Virus record (IMG/VR): IMGVR_UViG_3300042880_000288
Span: 56,702 to 120,701 of that record
DNA from: a virus
Reading direction: 5' to 3' (one strand)
DNA: 64,000 nucleotides
A program made the translations under genes and the position numbers. The notes beneath the pieces were generated by a model, which was not told where the DNA came from, did not search any database, and saw only the letters and a list, made by a program, of their open reading frames with translations. Within the stretch, counting starts at the first letter, position 1. Each line of letters begins with the position of its first letter. Below, piece after piece: positions 55,634 through 64,000 of the stretch.

Positions 55634-55876
55634 ATGAAAAAGTTAGGATGTGCTAAATGTGGTGGTGCTAAAAAAATGTATAAGTCAGGTGGACAAACAA
55701 CTCTTGCTAAAGTAGGAGTAATGAATGAAAACTTAGGTACTTCTGGTCAATATGGTTTTGCTAAAAAAGGAGGAACTGTAAAAAAAGCTAAGTTAGCTGC
55801 TATGGCTCCACCTAAAGGTAAAATAACTAGAGCTGATATTATAACAGCTGCTAAGAGGAATGCTCGTAAAAAATAA
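55634..55876 (+). CDS. Basic small protein
   Basis: 80 aa; YKSGG, KKGG. Confidence 0.6.
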   Translation: MKKLGCAKCGGAKKMYKSGGQTTLAKVGVMNENLGTSGQYGFAKKGGTVKKAKLAAMAPPKGKITRADIITAAKRNARKK

Positions 55877-55881
55877 TTATC

Positions 55882-56043
55882 ATGGCTAAAAAAAAGTCAG
55901 ATAAAAACTGGATACAAAAAGCCACAGCTTCTATTAAACGTAGAGGTACTGAAGGTAAGTGTACTCCAATAACTAAACCAGGTTGTACTGGTAGAGCTAA
56001 AGCATTAGCAAAGACTTTTAAAAAGATGGCTAAAAATAGATAA
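55882..56043 (+). CDS. 53-aa basic protein
   Basis: Read manually: MAKKKSDKNWIQKATASIKRRG...RAKALAKTFKKMAKNR. Confidence 0.65.
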   Translation: MAKKKSDKNWIQKATASIKRRGTEGKCTPITKPGCTGRAKALAKTFKKMAKNR

Positions 56044-56045
56044 GA

Positions 56046-56744
56046 ATGTTAAATAGTGTAATCACCATAAAGATCAAAGAAAGACTAAACAAATTGGATA
56101 GTCAAGATTATGACAACATTGAATGTTGGCAGATTGTTGAGTCTTTTAATAAAGCTCAGGTAGAGTGGTCTAGAAGGCAGTTACATGGTATTAACCTTAC
56201 TAAAGAAGGTGATGAAGGATCTACAAGAAGAAAAGATGATATGCAGATCCTTTTAGAAACCTTTAATATTAATATTGCTGACAAAGATTATTACTATGAT
56301 GGTTTGCTTCCAGAAGATTATCTTCAATGGAAAAGAGTAGATGTCTTTGCTCAAAAAGAATGTTGTGATAAAAGAAGAATGACTGTTTATCTTGCAGAAG
56401 AAGGAAACCTTAATCAACTTCTTAGAGATAAATCAAAACAACCTAACTTTGAATGGGCAGAAACATTTGCTACACTAAAAGGTGGTTATGTCAATGTTTA
56501 TACAAATGGTGAATTTAATATTCAGCAAGCTGATCTTATTTATTACAGACAACCAATAGCAATTCAAATTGCAAATTGTGTGGACCCATATACTGGCCTA
56601 GCATCTCCTGTAGATGTATTATGTGAGTTTAAAGATGATATAATAGAACTTATAATAGATGAAGCAGCTAGTATAATTGCTGGAGATATTGAATCAGGAA
56701 ATCAATTCTCTAGAGGTACAGAAGGTGCTGAAAGAAATAATTAA
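56046..56744 (+). CDS. Conserved structural protein (crAss tail-ring/adaptor type)
   Basis: IKERLNKLDS...SFNKAQ...ELIIDEAASIIAGD; synteny. Confidence 0.55.
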   Translation: MLNSVITIKIKERLNKLDSQDYDNIECWQIVESFNKAQVEWSRRQLHGINLTKEGDEGSTRRKDDMQILLETFNINIADKDYYYDGLLPEDYLQWKRVDVFAQKECCDKRRMTVYLAEEGNLNQLLRDKSKQPNFEWAETFATLKGGYVNVYTNGEFNIQQADLIYYRQPIAIQIANCVDPYTGLASPVDVLCEFKDDIIELIIDEAASIIAGDIESGNQFSRGTEGAERNN

Positions 56745-56746
56745 TT

Positions 56747-57265
56747 ATGGAAACAAAATCAAGACTTTTAAAAAGAGCTCCAGAGCCTGCTAGAACAATT
56801 GCTAGACCTCAAGTTACAGTTACTCAACCAAAAGAAGAACCTGCTAAACCACAACCAACTCCAGATACAGGAGTAGGAGGTAGTTCATTAGATAATATGG
56901 TTTCTTCATGTGCTACTGAAATGATGAATGCTGCAATCAGTTTTCATAGATTACATTTAAAAGTAAAAGGAGATGGGTCTTATGCAGCACATGTTGCATT
57001 AGGAAGTTTTTATGAAGGACTGCATGGGCAAGCTGATACATTAGTTGAAGGATATCAAGGTGTATCTGAAAAATTACTTTCATATAGAGATTCACCTATT
57101 AGAACTTTAGATACAGTAGCAGATGGTGTAGGATATTTAAGAGATTTATATAATACAATAAACAAATTACAAGGTATGTTACCTTATTCAGAAATAGTAA
57201 ATAATCTAGATCTAGTAAAAGATTCAATTAATTCTACTAAATATAAATTACTTTTCTTGAAATAA
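56747..57265 (+). CDS. Ferritin/Dps-like four-helix protein (DUF5856-like)
   Basis: HRLHL..SYAAHVALGSFYEGL...DTLVEGYQG...INSTKYKLLFLK. Confidence 0.7.
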   Translation: METKSRLLKRAPEPARTIARPQVTVTQPKEEPAKPQPTPDTGVGGSSLDNMVSSCATEMMNAAISFHRLHLKVKGDGSYAAHVALGSFYEGLHGQADTLVEGYQGVSEKLLSYRDSPIRTLDTVADGVGYLRDLYNTINKLQGMLPYSEIVNNLDLVKDSINSTKYKLLFLK

Positions 57266-57330
57266 TTTGGATATTTAAAAAACTTTTAGTATATTATAGT
57301 ATATTTATTTATTAACAAAAACAAAAAACA

Positions 57331-58731
57331 ATGAGTTATTTTAATCATGCATTTAGAAAAACATTAGTTGCTACTAATGGTATTTCTCCTTTAGATACTG
57401 GTACAGTATTAGGAGTAAATGGGGTTTCTTTACCTGCTGGACAGTTAGCATTTATTAATCCTAATAACTGGCAAATTCAAGAGCCAAATCCAAATTTACC
57501 GGCTCCATTAGATGAGTCTTGCTGTGAGTTAATTCTTGCTTCAGGATCATTAATGGCAAATGACAGAATAGGACCTGCTCACGGAGGTTACTTAGAGTCT
57601 AATAAGACTAAAACTATTAAAGCAAAGTATGCAAGTAAACTTTATGTAGTTCCTGCAAATTCTGCTCAAAACTATATTACTCACGTTGGTACTACACCAT
57701 GGACAGTTGCTGTTCCACCGGTAACAGGTAATCCTGGAGAAACTGCTGGTGATTGTTGTAAACAATTTTTATGTGGAGAAACTTACTACTTACGTGTAGA
57801 TGTTAAAGGTTATCCAGTTATGCAAACTTTAAACCACAATGGGTACCAAACTCTTGAGGCTTATACAGGTTGTTGTGCTGATGATGCTGTTGTACCTGCT
57901 CCAGTAGATCCACGTAGAGTATTTATTCAATGGGGTCAACAGTTAAGAAGAAACAAATTGTTAAATCAATTTGCATTTCCAGTTATCACATTTAGAATTG
58001 GTGCTGGTGCTTGGACTTACTATTATCCAGATGATATTGCTGTATTACCTGTAATTGCTGGTGTAACAGTATTAAGATATAGAGATTGGGTTGAACAAGC
58101 TTATGTTACTGGTATGTGTGCTGGTATGGTTCTTATTGGAGCTTACACAGAAAACAGATTTGAAAACTGTACATTCCAATTAACTGATAACTATACACTT
58201 GAGCCAGTAAGAATCTATGCTTCTGAAGTAGATTTAACAGGTTCTCCATGTGAGTTCAATGGACTATGTGTTGGTGTACAATGTTATGGTAGACAAGCAA
58301 ATGGTATTGGTGAAACTGTAGTAAGAGATGTTATTCTTTCTGAATCTTATAGACAAAACTTCTTCCATTCTGATTTAAGAATCCGAGAAATTACTCAAGG
58401 AAATGACTTATTAGATGGAGCAGGTCTTGTTAGAAATAACTTCTATGACAGAATCTTTATTCAGCATTCAGTTCCAAGATTCTACAATCCAACTGGTACA
58501 TTTGATAATGATCAATATTTAGTTGAGATTATCACACCTGCTGCTGCTGGAGCTCCTGGAACACCAAGTGCTACTACTACAACAATATTCAATGTATTGC
58601 AAAACTGGTTAATTGCATGTGAATCAAGATGTGTTGTTGATGCTGGACCATTCTTAGGTGTAGCTTGTGCTGCTTCAACTCCTGCAGTTCCACTACCTAA
58701 TAACCCAGATCCTATAATTACATTATTCTAA
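57331..58731 (+). CDS. Putative structural protein
   Basis: 466 aa MSYFNHAF...; own promoter-like motif and terminator. Confidence 0.65.
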   Translation: MSYFNHAFRKTLVATNGISPLDTGTVLGVNGVSLPAGQLAFINPNNWQIQEPNPNLPAPLDESCCELILASGSLMANDRIGPAHGGYLESNKTKTIKAKYASKLYVVPANSAQNYITHVGTTPWTVAVPPVTGNPGETAGDCCKQFLCGETYYLRVDVKGYPVMQTLNHNGYQTLEAYTGCCADDAVVPAPVDPRRVFIQWGQQLRRNKLLNQFAFPVITFRIGAGAWTYYYPDDIAVLPVIAGVTVLRYRDWVEQAYVTGMCAGMVLIGAYTENRFENCTFQLTDNYTLEPVRIYASEVDLTGSPCEFNGLCVGVQCYGRQANGIGETVVRDVILSESYRQNFFHSDLRIREITQGNDLLDGAGLVRNNFYDRIFIQHSVPRFYNPTGTFDNDQYLVEIITPAAAGAPGTPSATTTTIFNVLQNWLIACESRCVVDAGPFLGVACAASTPAVPLPNNPDPIITLF

Positions 58732-58750
58732 TTAATTGTAAAAACTCATA

Positions 58751-58788
58751 AAAGGAGAGTGAGAGTAAATCTTTCCTCTCCTTTTTTT
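58751..58788 (+). terminator. Intrinsic terminator
   Basis: AGGAGAG/CTCTCCT plus T-tract. Confidence 0.6.
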
Positions 58789-58799
58789 ATTATATAGTT

Positions 58800-59342
58800 A
58801 TGGCAAATCACGTTTTAAGTTTAGAGATTCCAACTGTATCAAATCCTTGTGTATTAAAGATATTTGATACAAGTGTATATTCTCCATTGGTTGCTGTATT
58901 TAATCCAAGATTAGAAATTGTAATTCCTGGATTTAAGTATACTGCTGAAGTGGCATTTGTTCCAGAATCAACACCTACATTAACAGCATGTGACTTAGGA
59001 CTTCAAACTGAGAACTGTGGATCTAGTTATGTTAATTTGCCTGATGGAATATATAATATAAAATATGCTGTAGATCCTGAATGTACTGTATATGTGCAAT
59101 ATAATCATCTTAGGATGACATGTGCATTAAATAGATATGAAAAGATACTTTGTACATTGAGTATCTCAGATTGTGATCCCCCAGCAAAGATTAAGCAAAA
59201 GCTGAGAGATCTTCATTTAATTAAAATGTATTTAGAAGCTGCACAAGCTAAAGTAGAAACTTGTCATGAAAACCAAGAAGGTATGACATTATTTAACTAT
59301 GCTGTCAAACTTTTAAATAAATTTGAATGTAGAAATTGTTAA
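58800..59342 (+). CDS. Putative structural protein
   Basis: 180 aa; LPDGIYNIKY motif. Confidence 0.65.
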   Translation: MANHVLSLEIPTVSNPCVLKIFDTSVYSPLVAVFNPRLEIVIPGFKYTAEVAFVPESTPTLTACDLGLQTENCGSSYVNLPDGIYNIKYAVDPECTVYVQYNHLRMTCALNRYEKILCTLSISDCDPPAKIKQKLRDLHLIKMYLEAAQAKVETCHENQEGMTLFNYAVKLLNKFECRNC

Positions 59343-59361
59343 CCCTTAAAACCAACAAAAA

Positions 59362-59562
59362 ATGAGTGCATGTTCAAATTGCGGAATTAAATTAGGCTGT
59401 TCATGTCAGAGAAGAACAGCATCAGATGGAAAATCAGTATGTTCATCTTGTGTAATTAATTATGAAGAACAACTTAAAAATGGATCATCTAATACTGAAG
59501 AAGTAGTAAATGATGAATATAATAACTTAAAGAAATTTACTAATACATTAGATATTACATAA
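59362..59562 (+). CDS. Small Cys-rich protein
   Basis: CSNCGIKLGCSCQ...CSSC. Confidence 0.6.
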   Translation: MSACSNCGIKLGCSCQRRTASDGKSVCSSCVINYEEQLKNGSSNTEEVVNDEYNNLKKFTNTLDIT

Positions 59563-62500
59563 TGGCAATAGGTACCGGTATATCAGCAGTTTCAGTAACA
59601 CCATATATTCAGATCATCAATTGTTGTGATACAAATGATAGAGGATTATTTAATGTTGATGGCTTTAATTCAGTAACATTTGAAAATGGTGTATATACCT
59701 ATAATGGTCCAACTCTTGCTACAACACAGATGACATTTGTTCCAGGTAACTGTTATCGTATAACAAATCCTGGTACAAGTGCAACAACCTATACTCAGTT
59801 AACTGCATTACAATTTGCTAATTTTGATCTATCATCTACTAATATAGAAACAGGTTGTGCAGGATGTATTGATTGTAATCCTTCATTAACTAAATTAGTT
59901 TTTGTAAGTTGTTGTGGCAATTCCACAATTGAAACACAAGGAGCTTTACCATTTGGTATAACACAGTGGATTGTTAAATTTCCTGTTGCTATTAATGGTT
60001 TTGACAATGCATGTTATACAGTTACTCAAGTAAATGATGTTGATCCTCAACAACATGCTAACCTACCAACAGCTCCTGTAACTGGAACTTATATTATTAT
60101 CACTAATAGTGCATTAAAAACTTGTGATGATTTTCCAGTACCTGAATGTCCACCGTGTGAAGATCCTCAATGTTATACAGTAATAAACTGTGATGGTGTA
60201 AACTTTAATACTTGGGAAGATTTATCAGCTTATGAAGGACAGTTTATTGAAATTGAAGGTGAGCCTGGATCTTGGTTTGTAGTAAAAAATAATGGACCTT
60301 GTACTCAAGCAGTAGTATCTATTGATGTAGTAGGGCTTGCACCAGAATGTCCTTGTATATGTTATGAAATTACACTAAATAGTTCAGTTGCTGCAATTAC
60401 AGAATTAAAGTATGTAAGTTGTGATAATGAACTTATAGTCAATTCATCTGAAACAAAATTTTGTTCAAGAGTTAGACCTTTGGTAAAAGGAAAAGGTTAT
60501 AAAATTATTGAAGGTGATTTATGTGAAAATGGATTATGTCCAGAAAAATGTTTTAAATTAACTAATTGTGATACAGGTGAAGAAATATATTCTACACTTC
60601 AAACTTTATCTCAATATGTAGATAATGGTGTTGTATCATTATTAGGATATGATAACTGTTGGACTGTAGAACCTTCTGTTGGAAATTGTGACTGTTTAAC
60701 AGTTACAATAGAAACTAGAGATGGGATTACAGAATATACAGCAAATGCATTTACTACATATGATGGTAATAATGTTTATCAATATACTATTGGTGCTAAT
60801 GTATATTATATATGGTTTACTGCTGATCAGGGATGGTCAATTACTCTTGGTGGATTTGGAGTAGGTGATATAATTTATCCACTAATTGCTGATTTAAAAT
60901 TATTAGATCCTTGTCCTGAAGCTATTACAAACAGTGGTTCTGATGGATGGATTCTTAGAGATGATGCTTTAGGTATAATTAATTTAGAAACAGAAGTTTG
61001 TGCAGCTGAATGTAATTGTCCTGTAGATGTAGTTGTTCTTCAAAGATATACTGAATGTGAAGATTGTAAAGAATATAAAGCTTATAAACTTCAAAATTGT
61101 GAAAAGATATTTGAAGTACAATATACTACTCAAGATTTATCTGAATATGTTGGTCAAGTAATTGAAACAGATTGTGCATGCTGGACTGTTACAGAAATAA
61201 ATATTATACCTCCATCTACAACTCTTGTTGTAATTGATTTTTCATTTAAAAATTGTAATGATTGTTTATCTACTTTTTATAGACTTACAGATTGTACTGG
61301 AGAAGTTGAAGATATAGTTACTAAAACAAACTTAAAATCATATCTTGGAAAAGTAATAAAAATTGAAAATTGTGATGTTTGTTGGGAAGTAACTGAAACA
61401 AGAGAGTTTACTGAACTATCAAATGTTGTAGTTGTTCAAAATTTTGAAACATGTGAAGACTGTGGGATACCAAGTATATGTGAATGCACTAAGATTACTA
61501 ATTTAAATGAAGTTCAGAAAACATATAGTTACTATGATTGTGATAATGTTTTACAAACAATAACTCTTAAACCAGGAGAAAGTAGTGATAAAGTATGTGC
61601 ATTATATTGGATAACTGAACCTTTATTTTGTTCATGTATTCAATTTAAACTTAAGGGTGACTCTTATTATGCATTCATTGTTTCTGGAGAATTATTTAAT
61701 GGTAAACCTATTTATACTTTATGTGAAGATGGTGATAGTTTAACTTGTGGTTATGTTTATTGGGATGGTTCTAACTGGGTTATATCAGATAGTGATGATA
61801 ATCTTACATGGATATTACCAACATCAACTTCAGAGTCTTGTCCTTATGGTGAATGGCTACCATACAATCAAGAAGCCGGACCAAGACCAATAGGTCAAAA
61901 AACAAAAGCAGCTGTAGTAAGTGGTCTTACTAGTCAACCATGTGATTTAGATATATGTACATGTATAACATTTACAACAAATCTTGGAGACACTACTACA
62001 TTGTATGTAATAGCAATTGATGGAAATGGCTATCCTATATATTCAGATGGTGTATTTACTATTCAGTTTTCATTGAAATCATTTTGTTGGGTATACGGGT
62101 TAAATGAGTTTAGAGATCCTTACTTATTATGTGATGGAGATGCAGATTGTCCTATTGGAAATTGGGAAACTGATAGTGGTTTATCAACAGCTGTTTCAAT
62201 TGAATGTCCTCCAGTATCTATTGACTTTACTGTGTTTGATCATTTTGAAACTTTTGGAGAATGTAAATTTGGTAATTGTCCTCAACCTGTATTTAAAAAT
62301 AATAGATCGGTAAGACCAGGATATAATACTCCAATATGTACTCCAGAAAAATATGATGAAATTACATGTAGATTTGCTGATATACTTTATAAGATAGCAT
62401 TAGAAAAAAGATACGGTATAACAAACTGCTGTCCTGATGAAGATGACAGATGGTTAATTAAAAAAGAATTAATAGATCTTCAAGCTTTAAAGGATCCAAA

Positions 62501-62573
62501 TTATAATTGTGAAGAATGTTCTTGTGGTTGTAATCCAGTAAATACATCTTCTACTTGCAATTGTAAAAAATAA
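59562..62573 (+). CDS. Large Cys-rich repeat structural protein
   Basis: 1003 aa with recurring YxLxxC...LxxYxGxVI...CWxV...CxDC units. Confidence 0.7.
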   Translation: MAIGTGISAVSVTPYIQIINCCDTNDRGLFNVDGFNSVTFENGVYTYNGPTLATTQMTFVPGNCYRITNPGTSATTYTQLTALQFANFDLSSTNIETGCAGCIDCNPSLTKLVFVSCCGNSTIETQGALPFGITQWIVKFPVAINGFDNACYTVTQVNDVDPQQHANLPTAPVTGTYIIITNSALKTCDDFPVPECPPCEDPQCYTVINCDGVNFNTWEDLSAYEGQFIEIEGEPGSWFVVKNNGPCTQAVVSIDVVGLAPECPCICYEITLNSSVAAITELKYVSCDNELIVNSSETKFCSRVRPLVKGKGYKIIEGDLCENGLCPEKCFKLTNCDTGEEIYSTLQTLSQYVDNGVVSLLGYDNCWTVEPSVGNCDCLTVTIETRDGITEYTANAFTTYDGNNVYQYTIGANVYYIWFTADQGWSITLGGFGVGDIIYPLIADLKLLDPCPEAITNSGSDGWILRDDALGIINLETEVCAAECNCPVDVVVLQRYTECEDCKEYKAYKLQNCEKIFEVQYTTQDLSEYVGQVIETDCACWTVTEINIIPPSTTLVVIDFSFKNCNDCLSTFYRLTDCTGEVEDIVTKTNLKSYLGKVIKIENCDVCWEVTETREFTELSNVVVVQNFETCEDCGIPSICECTKITNLNEVQKTYSYYDCDNVLQTITLKPGESSDKVCALYWITEPLFCSCIQFKLKGDSYYAFIVSGELFNGKPIYTLCEDGDSLTCGYVYWDGSNWVISDSDDNLTWILPTSTSESCPYGEWLPYNQEAGPRPIGQKTKAAVVSGLTSQPCDLDICTCITFTTNLGDTTTLYVIAIDGNGYPIYSDGVFTIQFSLKSFCWVYGLNEFRDPYLLCDGDADCPIGNWETDSGLSTAVSIECPPVSIDFTVFDHFETFGECKFGNCPQPVFKNNRSVRPGYNTPICTPEKYDEITCRFADILYKIALEKRYGITNCCPDEDDRWLIKKELIDLQALKDPNYNCEECSCGCNPVNTSSTCNCKK

Positions 62574-62600
62574 TTTGTATATTATAATAAGAGAAAAAAT

Positions 62601-64000
62601 ATGAAGCCTTTAAATTTAGATAACAGACCTTGTTCACCAATATCATCAAACTGCGTGGTATGGCAAGGACCTACATTAGATTGTATTGAGCTATGTAATG
62701 GAGATACTATATCTGATGTAGTAGCTAAAATGGCTGAAGAGTTGTGTACTATTTTAGATCAAATTGATGTAACAAACTATGATCTAACATGTCTTGGTAT
62801 AACTGCTTGTGGACCAAAAGATTTTAATGCTTTAATCCAATTACTTATAGATAAAATTTGTGATTCAAATGGTATTACACCAGGAACCACAAGAACTGAA
62901 TCAGCATGCCCTGGCTTAGATTGTATAGTATCTGTTGCACCTTGTTTTGTACAAAATGGACAAACCACAATGTCAGTTATAGATTATGTGCAAATGATTG
63001 CTACAAAGATTTGTAATCTTATAGATCAAATTGGAGATTTACAAGAGCAAATAAATAATCTAAATATAAGAGTTACTGTATTAGAAGAAGCTACACCACC
63101 TTCATTTACTGTACCATCATTAACTGTAGATTGTGATTTGGGTACTAGTTCAAATGGAATACCAGTAAATCCTTCTGCTTCAAGACCAATTGATGTTATA
63201 CTAGATGCTTTAATAAATGATAACTCAAGAGGCTATTGTATATATACAGCTACTCTAGGACCTGTTAGTGAATTACTTACTGCCATTTCAAGAAAATGTA
63301 TATTAGATAGTACAGATAGATTATCTGGTTCTGGTACATATGGATCAATATCCGGATGGGTTCCAGATGCAAGTTATGATACAGTTGCTGATGCAATCAA
63401 TAATATCTGGTTAGTATTATGTGACATATTTAGTTATGTTGGTTCAGTTAGTATTAATGTAGAAGATACAAATAGTATTGATCTTACAGTAACAGGAGGA
63501 GTAATTTCAGCAAATATAGTTGATACAGGTTGGGTTGATTTATTAGGATTTGGATTTATGGGTGGTAATAAACCTGAATGTAGAAGAATAGGAAATCAAA
63601 TTCATTTTAGAGGTACTGTTGTAGTACCCCTTCCTAATCCGGTTGCACCAACTACTGTTGCTTCATATACTAGTACTTCTTATAATTCTATTACAACTGC
63701 TCAAGTGTTTACTGGAGGAACTGATGGTTGTTTAATCAATACTAATGGTTCTATTACTTTCAATAACAATAATTCAGTAATACCAACTTCCGTATTAGAT
63801 ACGGGAACAAATTTAGATGGTACATATGTTAAACCTTCTATAATTGGAACAAGACAAATTAATTTAGATCCATCTTCATATGGTACCGCTTTATCTGGAG
63901 TTTTTAATATTGGAGTTTTCAGTGATAAAAGATTATATATTGGAGTATTAAAAGATCTTGAATATACAAGTACTGTTCAAAATCCTGCTCAGTTAGGTTC
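62601..64000 (+). CDS. Putative tail/structural protein (truncated by window end)
   Basis: Read manually from ATG 62601 (MKPLNLDNRPCSPISSNCVVWQGP...); frame appears open to the window edge. Confidence 0.7.
   Translation, partial: MKPLNLDNRPCSPISSNCVVWQGPTLDCIELCNGDTISDVVAKMAEELCTILDQIDVTNYDLTCLGITACGPKDFNALIQLLIDKICDSNGITPGTTRTESACPGLDCIVSVAPCFVQNGQTTMSVIDYVQMIATKICNLIDQIGDLQEQINNLNIRVTVLEEATPPSFTVPSLTVDCDLGTSSNGIPVNPSASRPIDVILDALINDNSRGYCIYTATLGPVSELLTAISRKCILDSTDRLSGSGTYGSISGWVPDASYDTVADAINNIWLVLCDIFSYVGSVSINVEDTNSIDLTVTGGVISANIVDTGWVDLLGFGFMGGNKPECRRIGNQIHFRGTVVVPLPNPVAPTTVASYTSTSYNSITTAQVFTGGTDGCLINTNGSITFNNNNSVIPTSVLDTGTNLDGTYVKPSIIGTRQINLDPSSYGTALSGVFNIGVFSDKRLYIGVLKDLEYTSTVQNPAQLG

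Noticed and set aside
1-64000. Stop-codon reassignment (TAG/TGA), known in some crAss-like phages
   Set aside because: Large genes (terL, portal, MCP, PolB) are uninterrupted in the standard code, TAG and TGA end coupled genes, and no suppressor anticodon was seen.
1-64000. Integrase, transposase or host genes indicating a prophage
   Set aside because: None found; the whole window is phage-like. Virion RNA polymerase genes are also not in this window.

Overview
AT-rich dsDNA bacteriophage genome segment with the gene content and order of a crAss-like phage (Crassvirales or relative); the host is probably Bacteroidota, based on TAnnTTTG promoter matches, A-rich leaders without Shine-Dalgarno sites and a Bacteroidota-type ClpS. 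1-~30,100 (minus strand) holds replication, recombination and repair genes: PolB, PD-(D/E)XK nuclease, MoxR AAA+/vWA pair, primase, SSB, Sak4-like ATPase, DnaB-like helicase, UDG, a spore-photoproduct-lyase-like radical SAM, ClpS, SF2 helicase and HNH. It also holds many small ORFs, a tRNA with an insertion and a TROVE/Ro60-like vWA gene preceded by a structured non-coding array. 30,067-32,308 is an array of short early-type cassettes sharing a 16-nt motif. Transcription diverges at a GC-rich island near 32,355-32,430. 32,478-64,000 (plus strand) holds GroES, tail proteins, holin/amidase, HU/IHF-like protein, terminase, portal, scaffold-like protein, major capsid protein, basic core proteins and Cys-rich structural proteins. 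The standard code works throughout; no CRISPR array, integrase, intron or intein was evident. All family calls are motif recognition by eye; no searches were run.
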